From assembly GCA_008632985.1 (NCBI GenBank), contig QPGO01000183.1, positions 62,001 to 126,000 on the forward strand: a stretch of DNA of 64,000 nucleotides, in the 5' to 3' direction. A program made the translations under genes and the position numbers. The notes below the pieces were generated by a model. That model saw nothing but the letters and a program-made list of their open reading frames with translations, was not told the DNA's origin and searched no databases. The stretch comes from Psammoneis japonica (lineage: Eukaryota). Below, piece after piece: positions 12,763 to 25,215 of this stretch (position 1 is its first letter; every line of letters starts with the position of its first letter).

Positions 12763-14072
12763 TTGGAACGTATTACGGGTTTCGATGCAACTGTCTCGGG
12801 TGCCCTGTTTCTACCCTACACGATATGGGAGAAGCGCGCTAAACCCGGTACATCGGTTGTAACTATGCTCTATCCGGTCTCGGGTGATAGGATCACTCGA
12901 GATTTAGAATCTAGCTTTTCTACAATTGCTGGAGCATTCACATCCGCATCGGAAACAGCAATTATAATTCCGGATCAGCTTGGCTTTGCTGAAAGTAGCG
13001 CCCAAAGTTTAGATGAATCGAAAAGGTTCAAGCGGCTGTTTGGAATTCGAGACGCCATTGAGACGGGTACTGCACCATTGATTGCGGCTGCCGAAAAACT
13101 CGTGCAAGAGCAGACAAATGGTGGCTGTACTGCCTCGGCCAAATCCTATGTCGTCGTGGGATACTCGGAAGGCGGTTTTGCGGGACCGGCATTTGCGGAC
13201 TTTTTGGCTCGTCAGGGCAAGGGGGTTCGTCTTTTCACGGGTATGCACTATACTAGACCAGTCTGACTTTTATTGTCAATTTCTTGTTTCGTATCATTGC
13301 TTACGTTCTGTTGGCTTGATTTTCAGGTGGTGGCGTTTTAAAATTGTCGACAGAGCAGGCGAGCTTTGCAGTCGAAAGCTTTAGAAAACTGGAAGGATAC
13401 AGTATTGGATTCACCGCTTATCTGGGAGCAGCCTATTCCTCGACGATCCCTGGGCTCCCGAACTTTGAGATGGGACAAGACTTGCTTATAGAAGATATTC
13501 GCCAACAAGTTATTGATAACTGGAACAGATGTGGAGATGGAAGGGGATCTGGAAAATCCCGGGAGCCCTTCGACCAATTCTGCGACCCTGACTGCAAAGT
13601 TAACCGTACGTGTGCTATTTTAGGCCTGAACCCTGATTTCATTCAATTGGTGGATGAGGCGCTTGCTGAGGGTGATCGTGGACCATGCAAGAGGACGGCT
13701 CGTGTCTCCGAACTCAAAGTGGATAAGCTATGTGCGGCATTGATGGAGAATGACCTGATTGAATCCATAGAAAAGGCAGACTACCCAGTAAGATTTTGCC
13801 ACTCCAGAAAGGACGTGCTCGTCAGCTTTGAGAATTTGCCTGACGCGACCAAGATGATAGACGCGGAAATTACAGAGGTGGGTGGGTCGCACGGCAACGC
13901 TGGCGTAACTTGCATTGTCGAAAAGTGGGTGCCCTTTTGGCTTGAAGGTGACATTAACAAAATTAAGGTGGAGAAACGGCATGACCGGAAAAAATGCGAC
14001 AAGTATTTTGGCCCCGTATGTCGCTTCTGGTATCATGGACGGTGTTGGAAGTTGGATTGGTCTTTCTTTTAA
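12763..14072 (+). CDS. Secretory-lipase-like alpha/beta hydrolase, two exons, possibly 5'-truncated
   Basis: Nucleophile elbow VVGYSEGG, IIPDQLGF, CHSRKDVLV and GSHG; intron ~13241-13327 (gtatg...ttcag). No clear ATG, and it begins just after the preceding gene. Confidence 0.6.
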
Positions 14073-15051
14073 TGCGCGCCGGAGGAATGGAATGAGCTCT
14101 TGGCAAGTTTGTACAAGTAACGCACCGCATAAGATCCCCGCCCATGATCTTTAGCTGCCCTCCATAATAGAGGTTGTTTGAAGGTTGAGGCAATAGACCC
14201 ATCATCACGAAACGCGCACTGTACGAGTATGTACGGTGCTGAACAAACGAGTCTTGGACATTTGCTCGTTCGCGCTGTAGTGTTGGTTTACTCATCGATT
14301 CATGGACGGCGTTCCGTCGGGTTTGTTTAGAAGTACTCAAGAAAGTTGAACTTCACTGTTGGTGAAATGGGCGAATGACGCGTCAATCGGAGTAGTAGCG
14401 CCTTCACCTCGTCATTACAAGCTATTATACAAGAGACTCCAGAGAGAAGTAACCTTCCGCTTTGAGGCGTGCATTTCTGTGCGATCGTGGGAGGCTCTCT
14501 AGTAAGTGGATCCATTCGCCTTCATGCTGCTCTCCGCAACTTTGTCAGAGGATGGTGCCAGTGTTCCTGTTGCAACCGAGGCTGTGTACGCAGTCCGACA
14601 CCGAGGAATCAAATATGTGAAAAAGGTGGTTCTTTAGCTTGCTACGGGGCTTGAGCCTGCACTTTCGTAAAATGGGGACGATTGTCAATCATGATCGTGG
14701 CTGTTTGTACGCCCAAGAGCGGCGCGGAGCACCGTGGTGGCAAACGCAAGAGCGGGCCTGACGAAACTTAAGTCCAGATACGCGTACAGGCTTGCCCACT
14801 TAAAGTACTAACAGCAGCAGCTCCAATGCACGGTGCCTGAGCTGCTTTAGCGAGCGAAGCCAAGGTATCCCCATGTTGGCGAGGTTTTTCGTCCCTGACT
14901 CCGTACGATTGTTTCAGCCCGCTCAAGCAACAAGCAATGGCCTTACCAATTAGCAGCACCGTCGGAATAAGATAAGGCATGACTGAATGGCAAACTCGAC
15001 ACATACCAAGCGTATTACGACATCTTCTCCTGCGCCCAAGCAATCGCCACT

Positions 15052-15330
15052 GTGTATGTAGTGGGCGAGACTGATGATCCAGATGCTGTGGATGATTTTA
15101 TCAGCACGCCGGTAGGAACGCCAACGACAATAAAAGCCACGGACATTGATGCTGATGTCGACTGCGATCTTGACCCGAGTTCAGCAGTTGTTGTCACGAA
15201 TCCCTCCAACGGTGGATTAGTCAGCATCAGCGACGGAAGCTTTACTTATACCTTATCAAGACTTCGCCGGCATTGATTTCGCCGAGTACGCCGTTTGTGA
15301 TTCCGGAGGTCTGTGTGACACCGCAATGTT
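15052..15330 (+). pseudogene. Isolated cadherin-like/Ig-like (tandem-95 type) repeat fragment
   Basis: DDPDAVDDFISTPVGTPTTI...D.DVD...VVTNPSNG.LV...DGSFTYT followed by a frameshift. Confidence 0.5.
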
Positions 15331-15549
15331 CGAGACAACTGCCATGCCAACAATCGAGCGCGATGCTTTTTGTTTGATGGGGATACTGGGTTCAGGTGCA
15401 GAACGGCTCGAAAGAATCCTTTAGCGGCCACCTTTACGTCTCAAGCGACCTGGCAGGTTTTTCCATCGCGAGTAGATTACAACAATACGGTAGTAGGATA
15501 ATAATGTACGGGTAATTGATGCTAACATTACTTGGGTCTACCAAAGTGG

Positions 15550-15990
15550 CTAACGTTCGCGGTTGAAAAGTTCCACTTTCTCCTTGACCGTGTGGAAAAT
15601 AAGGTTTGGGTTGTTGCGAGCTTGCTCCAACACACGTGCCCAAATGCCATCAGACGCCTTTTGATCACGCACCACTCGCAAAATCTTTCGGCACCATTCG
15701 ATTTCAGTCCACAGCTCGACACCCATGTCTTCCCATAAATGGTGCTCTTCAATAGTCAGATTCTGCTTCATGCCCTTTACCAGCGCGGCCTTGCCAACGT
15801 CACCAAAGGAGTTTCTCTCAAAACAGACATTTCTGAGCTTGTTGTTTCGCACAAACATCTCGCCCAATGCTTTTGCACCTTCATCTCCAATGTCGTTCCC
15901 ATGAAGGTAAAAATGTTCAATGGATGTGTTATTTTCAACCTTCCGTGCCAACGATTTGGCTCCCCGTTCACCAAAAAACTCTTATATTGA
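15550..15990 (-). pseudogene. RNase-inhibitor-type LRR protein, C-terminal fragment
   Basis: NTSIEHFYLHGNDIGDEGAKALGEMFVRNNKLRNVCFERNSFGDVGKAALVKGMKQNLTI; the upstream frame is broken. Confidence 0.55.
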
Positions 15991-16919
15991 AAACGCAGGC
16001 TCTTGCACTTTGAACATTGTTCTTGAATCGCCGAGGCGCTTGTTTAGTACCTGCTGCGTGGCAACCAAGGCGGAACAGAAATTGAGCAATATGAAAAGTC
16101 ATACAAAAATGGTATTCCGGTTGAACATCAACAGAGTGATTCTTAATACTCACCCACGAGTCTGAACAAACGTGTGAAGCCATTTCAATGGCCATTCAAG
16201 CAAATCATCGTTCATAGCATCAACTCATCCGACTCAGTCTCACTTTTTGCGCCGCAAGGACGTGACAAACACATGTGTCGGTAGAGCGGCTCCAAGATAA
16301 CGGTTATCACCGCAACAAAATCGTCAATTCCTCATTCAATATGCATATGATCGTTATGAGTTGTATCCGTGGCCAAAACAATTGTGTTGGATGTATAATC
16401 AATGCGTTTTTGACCGCCCCCCAAGTCCAGATTTCATCCTGACATGTGCAACCCAAAACGGCATACCAAAATCCGAAAATTAAACCTGTTGAAACAACAA
16501 CACGGCAAGAGCAACGTGATAGTATCAATAATAGATTAGCACTGTCAAAAGTATGAACGAATGTTGAAGAGAGGCACCGAGTCCACGACATCAAATCATC
16601 TCGCGGAAACATGATCGAGTCACGAGTTCGAGCCGCAAATGTACTCACCTCGCGAAACAACATTTTACCCTCTATTTCAACCAAACCAAGATGTGAGCAA
16701 GTCCTTTATAAGACGAGTGATCATGTCAATGCAAAAAATGAGTGGAAATTATCGTAAGACTAGCACAACAGCAGTATCAACAACGATCATTGTGTTTTGT
16801 GGTGTTTTAGTGTCCACTTGCACACACTTTCCTGGTACTGCTTCCATATGGATGTACGCGAGTCCCGTCAGTGTCCATATTTTCTCGCCGGTAGCAGGAC
16901 GTACGCTGCGCTACGGTAC

Positions 16920-17235
16920 CACTCTCCATCGTGAGTCTATGCGTCGACCGTTCTTCGCGCGCGCTCTCACGCACACGAAGGTCTCCTCATAGACTCTCGC
17001 GGAAGTCAGACGGACGGTTTGTTACGATGCCTCCGGAATCCCCGTATGTTTCTACATACGCAAAAAACTTTTCTACGGAGAATTCTACACGAAACATACC
17101 AGGAGGGCACGGTAACAAATCGCCTACATACGACCCTGGTACATCGTCCGTCTTACTTCCGCGAGAGTCTATGAGGAGACTTCGGGTGTGCGCGCACACG
17201 ACAACGGTCGACGCATAGACTCACGATGGAGAGTG
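16920..17235. mobile_element. Non-autonomous Mutator-like (MULE) MITE, 316 bp
   Basis: Perfect 33-bp TIR cactctccatcgtgagtctatgcgtcgaccgtt (16920-16952 vs 17203-17235), extended by an inner arm gtctcctcatagactctcgcggaagt. 9-bp TSD CTACGGTAC at 16911-16919 and 17236-17244. Confidence 0.9.
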
Positions 17236-17473
17236 CTACGGTACCGATTGATTGAGCGATAGTAACCGCGACGCAACACCGCATCAAGCATCGAGCAATC
17301 GAGCATCGATCGAATCTTTATTAGCACCTGCCTTATCCTCGATCGTTGCCTCGAGCATGCTTCTGACGCCGCTTCGTGCCTCTTCCATTGCATTCGTTTG
17401 TTCCACCGCGCGTTCGACTCGAGCCTTTATTGTTGCCACCAGCCTTTGTAAGCATCCAATCACGAAACGAAAC

Positions 17474-18004
17474 ATGACCTCCGCTCCTTTCTCGTACAAT
17501 ACCTACGACAGCCTCCCTCCGGCACCTTCGTTTGAGCTTTCTTCAACGGACATTTCCGAGGGTGGTACCATGCCCGCCCCGCAACTTAGCAAAGCTTTTG
17601 GTTTGGAAGGTGGAGAGGACAAGTCTCCTCAGCTTTCATGGAAGGGTTTTCCTGAGGATACGAAGAGCTTTGTTGTCACCTGCTATGATCCTGATGCTCC
17701 CACTGTTTCTGGGTTTTGGCACTGGATCATGTATGACGTGCCATCGTCTGTCACGTCCTTGGATGCTGGTGCCGAACCTCCCGCCGGAGCCAAGCTATTG
17801 AAGAATGATGCAGGCTTTGCGGGCTTTTGTGGAGCGGCTCCGCCGCCTGGACACGGGACGCATCGTTACATCTTTTGCGTTTCCGCCCTGGGAGTCGACA
17901 CATTGCCAATTGACGAAAACACTTCCCCGGCTGTCTGCAACTTTAACATGTTTGGTGCGGGAGTTATCGGACGTGCCTTTCTCACGGCTCACTATGGACG
18001 TTAA
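17474..18004 (+). CDS. YbhB/YbcL (PEBP/RKIP-like) family protein, bacterial type
   Basis: SPQLSWKGFP..TKSFVVTCYDPDAPTVSGFWHW and GAAPPPGHGTHRYIF motifs; intronless; likely ATG at 17474. Confidence 0.9.
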   Translation: MTSAPFSYNTYDSLPPAPSFELSSTDISEGGTMPAPQLSKAFGLEGGEDKSPQLSWKGFPEDTKSFVVTCYDPDAPTVSGFWHWIMYDVPSSVTSLDAGAEPPAGAKLLKNDAGFAGFCGAAPPPGHGTHRYIFCVSALGVDTLPIDENTSPAVCNFNMFGAGVIGRAFLTAHYGR

Positions 18005-18560
18005 GCATTGTTTTAGTGATAAATCTGTAAGTTCAGTCTCACCCTTCTCACTGACTAAAGATATAATGGGATTTGGCATCCGGATACGATACAATAGAGG
18101 GTGCTTTTCACGACGCAACGATTACTATAGTTGAAACACCCTTGCACACTACCGGTATCTGAACTTTAGAAGGATGCCAGGTAGACTGGACTTGGTACTG
18201 TAGCTTTGTCCAGCTCATCTATCTAACCTATAGCTCTATTGTTCTAAAGTGCAGTCTTTCCGCCGCGTCACAAACTGATGACTTACATCTACAATAACAC
18301 GAGCAATTCACGTAGTGCATGTGGTTACTACCGGTATGCCAAGGGCAGAGACCATGTTGGTCTTGCAAGTGATAGAGGAACAGGCTGTGTCAAGGGTGGA
18401 CGGAATAGTGAATCCTACATGAACTTTCATCCCGACCTTCCGAAAAAAGAGAAGGAATCCATGTACACCAATGACTTCATAAAAAATGCCGGAGCTCAAA
18501 TTTGCTGGGGAATTGAGCAACTACCAGGTATAAATTACACAGCTTTTATAATCATACATG

Positions 18561-19640
18561 TTACGAGTGTCCCTTCACATCTACAAGTAGTCTTCCAATG
18601 TGCCCACCACTGAAAAGCATGGTGAGCGCGGTAGGAAATGATTCAATGCCCTTCTCGACGTGTTGTGGCAACTTCACAAAGCCGCGGTAATGACAATACA
18701 GAAGATAGGGCAATGCGCGGCACATAGTTCCAACGGGATAGTGCATCACAGTGAATCCCTTCATTGTTGCATTTCGTTCGGCCAGCTTGATATAATTTCC
18801 TGGCCCTTCAACGCTCTTCTTGTTGACTTGACCCTTGGAATATTGTGAGACCGCCCCGCAGATGATAACACGGGCATCCGTATTGATTCGATCCAACACA
18901 TCATTCAAAATACTCCCGCCGACATTGTCAAAAAAGAAATCAATTCCATCGGGACAAGCTTTTTCTAGCTGTTCGGATACTGAGGTACTTTTGTCCTTGT
19001 AGTCGATCGCTCCGTCCAAGCCTAAATCACTGAGCAAAAAGTCGTTCTTCTTTTGTCCACCAGCAATACCAATCACCTTAGCTCCTTGTCTTTTTGCCAA
19101 CTGCGCTGCGACACAGCCAACCGCTCCCGCTGCCGCGCTTACAACGACCGTATCCCCTTTCTTGGGCCCGCCAGCGACTTCAAACATTCCCACATAAGCT
19201 GTCAGTCCAGAGGCACCGAGCAAGCCCAATGACGTTTCAGGCTTTGTTCCAGGTAGTGTGACTAGAGGCATGAGCATGGATTCCTTGTTATCGTCGCCGC
19301 CGCAAATCGCATAGGTCGCCACCGGTAGCATTCCTACAACCATGCTTCCCACCTTGAACTTGCTCTTACTCCCCGCAACCACAACCTTGCCATATCCAAA
19401 GGCACGCAAGAGCGATCCAGGTTTCATTGTTCCGTGAAATGCCCCTTCGTCCAGCATGGTCCGAATAAACGCATCAATAGCAAAGGTATGTGTCTCCACA
19501 AGGACTTGCGTATCGTCAAGCTTTTGGGAGTGAATGTCGTAGTTTTCTTCTGTTTCCAGCTTCACATTGACGTCGGGATCAAAGTCACCATCAGGGTGTG
19601 ACACAAAGACCCACTTCTTGTTTATCGTTGTTGCTGTCAT
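18561..19640 (-). CDS. NADP-dependent alkenal/prostaglandin reductase-like oxidoreductase (MDR family)
   Basis: GLTAYVG, VVVSAAAGAVG, AIDYK, GIDFFFDNVGG and ICGAVSQY motifs. Confidence 0.92.
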   Translation of the reverse strand: MTATTINKKWVFVSHPDGDFDPDVNVKLETEENYDIHSQKLDDTQVLVETHTFAIDAFIRTMLDEGAFHGTMKPGSLLRAFGYGKVVVAGSKSKFKVGSMVVGMLPVATYAICGGDDNKESMLMPLVTLPGTKPETSLGLLGASGLTAYVGMFEVAGGPKKGDTVVVSAAAGAVGCVAAQLAKRQGAKVIGIAGGQKKNDFLLSDLGLDGAIDYKDKSTSVSEQLEKACPDGIDFFFDNVGGSILNDVLDRINTDARVIICGAVSQYSKGQVNKKSVEGPGNYIKLAERNATMKGFTVMHYPVGTMCRALPYLLYCHYRGFVKLPQHVEKGIESFPTALTMLFSGGHIGRLLVDVKGHS

Positions 19641-19792
19641 TGTCGATTTCAAAACTGATTTTGTAACGAACTGTGGGACGATGCGAATAACGTGTTGTTG
19701 CAGATAGTGCGTTGGTTGTTGGTCGCAGTCAGCGCCGACAATTGCACCTTGCGCCGATTTTTGGAATTTTGTGACCTGTTGAGAGAGCGAGC

Positions 19793-19874
19793 TGACGTCA
19801 GATCTGCGAATGAATCAGTCCCGCGAAAAACGCCACCCATCGTTGGATTTGAGTCATGCACGCACACTGACTCA
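19793..19874. promoter_or_regulatory. Putative bZIP sites in a divergent promoter
   Basis: TGACGTCA (19793), TGAGTCA (19850) and TGACTCA (19868) lie between two divergent oxidoreductase genes. Confidence 0.35.
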
Positions 19875-20028
19875 GTCACAAATCCGACTGATGCGATGGA
19901 TGGAGCTCGATCGTCGATCGCTCTCTGTGAGGAGAAGCTACTACTAGTTGGCTGTTGGCGCTATCTGTGGGAAGATTTTGAGAAAGTCTCAAAAACTACC
20001 AATCACTCTACACTCGCGATCTATAGTG

Positions 20029-20922
20029 ATGTTTTCTTTCAAGGCCCTCTCAATCGCGCTATTGGCATTTCATACCGTCACTGCATTTTCCATGTCGTCT
20101 CCGCGCAAAGTCCTCGTTACAGGTGCCGGCGGAAAGACTGGCCGGTTGGTGATGCAAAAGCTTTTAGATCGCCCCGATTCTTTTATTCCGACTGGCGTGG
20201 TGCGCACCACCAAGAGTAAAGAGTCTCTCGTCAACGAGGGTATACCCGAGTCTCAAATCATTGTGGCGGATATTTGCGACGAGCCTGCCATACATCAAGC
20301 TTGTGTCGATCAGGATGCAATCATTATTTGCACTAGCGCAACTCCAGCGCCTACGGGAGACGTTAATGAGGATGGCCGACCCGTGTTTGGATTTCCCAAT
20401 GGTGAGCCAGAGCAAGTGGATTGGATTGGGCAAAAGAATCAAATTGACGGTGCCAAAAAGTCTGAGACCGTCAAGCACGTTGTGATTTGCTCTTCCATGG
20501 GAGGCACTTCACCGGAAAACCCGCTCAACAAACTTGGCCTTCGAAAGGATGGAACAGGTGGCAACATTCTTTTATGGAAGCGCAAAGCCGAAAAGTACCT
20601 CATCGACTCAGGATTAGATTACACTATTATCCATCCCGGTGGCTTGTTGGACGAGGAAGGAGGTAAAAGAGAGTTGGTAGTGGGTGTCGACGACAAACAA
20701 CTTGAAACCGACAATAGAAGCATTCCCCGTGCCGATGTTGCCTCTCTTCTCATTGCGAGTCTTGAGCACGAATCGTATAAGAATAGATCGTTTGACGCGC
20801 GGAGCAAACCAGAAGGCGAAGGAACCGTCACAACCGATTTCAACAAACTCTTGGTGGACCTCAAGGAGAACTGCGACTACACTCTTGGTAAGATTCCTGC
20901 CAAATGTGTTTTTAAGTGTTAG
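20029..20922 (+). CDS. Atypical SDR / NAD(P)-binding Rossmann protein, plastid-targeted
   Basis: VLVTGAGGKTG, PEQVDWIGQKNQID, WKRKAEKYLIDSGLDYTIIHPGGL and IPRADVA motifs; signal peptide ending VTAF. Confidence 0.92.
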   Translation: MFSFKALSIALLAFHTVTAFSMSSPRKVLVTGAGGKTGRLVMQKLLDRPDSFIPTGVVRTTKSKESLVNEGIPESQIIVADICDEPAIHQACVDQDAIIICTSATPAPTGDVNEDGRPVFGFPNGEPEQVDWIGQKNQIDGAKKSETVKHVVICSSMGGTSPENPLNKLGLRKDGTGGNILLWKRKAEKYLIDSGLDYTIIHPGGLLDEEGGKRELVVGVDDKQLETDNRSIPRADVASLLIASLEHESYKNRSFDARSKPEGEGTVTTDFNKLLVDLKENCDYTLGKIPAKCVFKC

Positions 20923-21016
20923 GCCAAGCATTTTAGATATCTACAGAACTGCAGTGATATGGTAAAAATCGTACTTCAAAGAAAAAAGCACCCGTCGAAG
21001 CCAGCCCAATCCTATT

Positions 21017-22077
21017 TCACGGGTCGTCGTCTGACGTTGCGTTCCTCCCATTCAAATGACATATATATGGTCCGTCGCCACGTTTTCCGTACAATAGTGG
21101 ACCCCAGTGAGTGCAATTTTGATTAACGTGACACAGCATTGGGTGCTCCACTGCCCGTTTCAAATTTCCGAGAAACGAGAGAATTTCATCGTAGTCTTCC
21201 CAGGTGGTAAAATGATTACTACAAGGAGAAAACACAAAGATTATATGAGAAAGTCGCCCTCACATACATACGGTACAAGGAAAGCATGGATATATTCTTA
21301 CTTGTCGGACCACCCTGGCGTTTTGGTAAAGTGTATTCCATTCACGTGGTCCACCGCTGTTGGTTGTCCAAAACAATGGCCGTCGTCAGACCGGAATGGT
21401 ATGTTTTTCCGTTGGTTGAACTTGACCAGCCTCAAAACATCAGGATACTCTTTCATGGTTTTGATCATGGCAGTATGATTGATCTCGTGACAGAATGGAA
21501 AGTCGTGTTGAATAATATAAATATACTTTGTCTTGACGAGACGATGTGCCTGTTGTATGTTTCCAGCAATATGCAAATGAATATTGCTTACAATCACGTG
21601 TTGATGAGGCTGATTATACGTCTGATACAAAGTTGTGACATACTGGTGTAGGCGCTCTCTATCTGACTCTTGCGTTCCCTCGGGGAGGCCGTCCACCGAA
21701 ATGTAGAGGGGGGTGGTAGGAGAGAGTCCACGAAGCAACTGCAACGAGTTTATGGTCTCATTTATCATGTGTATGGACGGATGCGAGGGTATCAGCGACG
21801 ATATGACGATAATACTTGTATCATGTTTTCTCGCAATTTCCTCTTTGGCGCATGATAAGACTGGTGCATCGTTCTCAATTATTGCTCTTGACCTTGTCAT
21901 GTCGGTGTTGCTGAAATGATTGAACTGAATGAGAGCAAGCTTCAACTGAAGCGACAAAACTAGCAAGCCAAGGCAGAGCAGCAGAACACTAACACCCTGT
22001 GAAAAACGAAACCTAAGCTGCTCTCTAACGCTCTTATAGTTTGTTGTCGGTGGCATGGTGGCATTCTTCTCCGCCAT
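21017..22077 (-). CDS. Type II membrane glycosyltransferase-like protein (GT-A fold), 2 exons
   Basis: N-terminal TM, ISVDG and YIYIIQHDFPF motifs; intron 21301-21219 joins WSD-N-NHFTT. Confidence 0.7.
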
Positions 22078-22451
22078 TGTCGAAAACGGAGAAACGGGGG
22101 TACTGATACTGTATGTTTGGTCGTTGGTCGTTTTGAATTCGAAAATGATAGAAGTACATAAGCGATAACATCATGTCACGATAAATAATATACCAGTATT
22201 AACCTACAGACTTGAGGATAAGTATTTATGAACCGCTAAGTAAACGCTTGAAGTTCGATTTCAAAGCTGGGTTCTTCCAGCAGCCACCGCGATTGTTCGG
22301 TCCCGCCGCACGCATCGATCATCATCACCCTCATCTTCTCATCTTGTTCAACGCACACAGGCACCTGGCAAGTACCAAGACGCTTCTCCAGACAGAATTG
22401 CGTGCATAGCAACAATCGGGAGGAGGAAGCACAGCAGCATACGAGGACATA

Positions 22452-24915
22452 ATGACGAGGAGAACCTCCAGAAAAAGGGAAGATGAGGACGATCCGATTC
22501 CCCCGTCCATCCCGGATCGTCACCCAAGAACATCAACCACAGTACACACCCAAGAGAAAGAAGAATTCGCAGAGTATGTTCCGGATACAACGCATGAATT
22601 CCCACCACCATCGTCGACGGAGCCACCCAAGAAGAAGGCTTCGAGGAAGCCCCAAAGAAGAGGGATCGAAAGAGCTTCCTCATATTCTAACCCCGAGGAA
22701 AATGATTCGAGTGAAGAAATGCCGTCCCCGTCTCAAGGCAGCCTCATTGAATCCACAGAACCCGGCGAACAAGGCGTATTTGAAGAGGGCGGGGATGTTC
22801 TCCCTGGTGCTGTTGCGGTTGATGGACCTGGCCATACTTTGGTGCAGGACGATTTAGTAGAACAAGCAGCTTTGCCACCAGATCAAGATGATGAAATCAT
22901 GGCAATAGCCGCTGAGGTTGTGGACGAAGAGGCGAATTTGGCAGCCCGCGACGAACAAATGGCTGCACGCATTCGTCGAGACATTATTGATGGAGCCGTG
23001 CACGCAGATGTCATGCAGGAAGAGCAGTTTGTATCTTCCCGTACAAAGTCAAAGAAGAAGAGGTTGTTCATCTTTGGAGGTATTGGCCTCACTGTAATCG
23101 GACTGGTATTGACGCTAGTCTTCACGTTTACCGAAAGAGATGGTGACAACAATTCCAACGGCAGCCCTACCCTGCCTCCTACTCCTTCAATCTCACCCTC
23201 AACAGACCCTCCGGTTGCGCCGACTCCTCTTTCTGAGTTACAGGAAGCACTGAGTCCAGTGGTTGGCGAAGTCTTCTCTGATGAAACAAGCCCTCAATTT
23301 GAAGCCTTACAGTGGCTAGCACACGAAGATCCAGCAAATTTCACTGTGGAGACGACCTCGATCTCCACCATAAAAAACCGCTTCATCCTTGCGACATTTT
23401 ACTACGCCACTGGTGGAGAATCATGGAGAGATCAGCACAACTTTCTCACCGAAGGTAACATTTGCGACTGGAACTCTGGCGGAGAAGTAAAAAGCGGAGT
23501 GTCATGCGATCTTGGCGTTCGGATTTTTCTCGGTAAGTGATGCTGTTCCTATCCGGCACACTACCATCAACCATACCACACTTCTTCAGTTGACTGAAAC
23601 TTGCCTTTTTGCTTCAGAACATAGCGAACTCTCGGGATATCTCCCAGAGGAGATTACGAAGCTCGACGAACTTGAACATATATTCCTGGCGAACAACACA
23701 ATCACAGGCACGATCCCTAGCTCCATCGGAAATCTGCTTTTCCTGAGAACGTTTGATGTGCCGCTTAATGCACTAAGTGGAACGCTGCCATCCTCAATTT
23801 TTACAATTGAAAGGCTCCAGCGTTTCAATGTGTTTGGCAATAGCGACATTGGTGGTACCATACCCTCAACCATTGGTAGCGCAAAACAGCTGCAAACGAT
23901 ATGGCTTGCGTATACATCCGTCACCGGCACAATTCCTCCAAGTGTGAGCAATCTCGAATCGCTACAACAAGTTCTCATGGTATTTAATAACCTCTCGGGG
24001 ACCATTCCAAACCTTTCAAAGAGTCGCGGTCTAACGAACCTGCACCTCGACAGCAACATTCGTCTCGGAGGTAGCATCCCTGATTGGATAGGGAATGCTC
24101 CAAATATTGTAATGTTTACAGCCAGTCACAATGCATTGACTGGAACAATACCGAGCTTTGATGGAAACAATGGCAATCTCGCGGAGCTTTGGTTAGCCGA
24201 TAACCGCCTTACAGGAAGCAGTCAATTCTTTGATACCGTTACGCCAACTTCCTTGAGGGTAATCCTTCTCGAGAACAATCTTCTGCAAGACGTCATCCCT
24301 ACCCGCATCGGTCAATTCCGCAATCTACGATCTTTCGACATATCAGAGAATCAGCTGGTTGGAAGCATTCCGAGTGAAATTGGCCTTCTCCCTATAGAGC
24401 CACATCGTGGTTCCCGTAACGCGTATCCAGGATACATTGACGTCTTTAACAACAAACTCACTGGAACTATTCCATCGGAGATTGGCATGCTTACGAGAGC
24501 AACTCTTATATATCTTGGCGGTAACCAGCTCAATGGGTCCATTCCTACGGAGCTCGGAAAATGCACGCAATTAAGTGCGTTAAGCCTAAACTGGAATCTT
24601 CTTGAGGGTGCCGTCCCAACACAAGTTGCCGGGTTGCCCTTTCTTGGTAGGTCTGACGTAACACATGCAGTTATGCCCATGCAGACGGACGCTACTGCAC
24701 GCTCACTCACTCACTCCCCTTTTCAACTCGTAGACGAATTCAGAGTGGAAGGCAATGACGGAATCAGCGGGGATCTTGACCCGTTATTCTGCTCAAGGAC
24801 AACGCCGCTTCGCATCCTCACCTCAGATTGTTTCAGCAACGATGTCACCTGCAGCTGCTGCACCTATTGTTGTGCAAACGCAAATAGCTTAACGTGTGAA
24901 GAGGTCCGTTTGTGA
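22452..24915 (+). CDS. LRR receptor-like protein (acidic cytoplasmic N-terminus, TM, extracellular LRRs, Cys-rich cap)
   Basis: PGAVAV motif, TM helix, SPQFEALQWL..D and RFILATFYYATGG..W cap, many LxGxIPxxIG repeats, CSCCTYC end. Introns ~23533-23619 and ~24647-24733. Confidence 0.88.
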
Positions 24916-25215
24916 GGAGACTCCGTCATGAAAATATCCGCGTCAAACCTCTGGCGCTTGAGTCACAGGTTCCTCCTCGTTTTCATAATCTTGCATGCTT
25001 CATCGTGGTCGAGTTCTGCCTTTCCTTGTTAAATGCAACATAGCCTTGTTTCTTTTAAAGTTTCCCGAAAACAAAGCCATGGGATTTTCTGCTGCAAACT
25101 TCTAGCGCTACTCGCAAGGAAAGCAAATAGAAGTAGGCTAATACGTCGACACGTTTCAACGTAGCGTATCCTGCTCTCTCTAGAATGACAAAATCAGAGC
25201 ATACAGTATCCCAAC

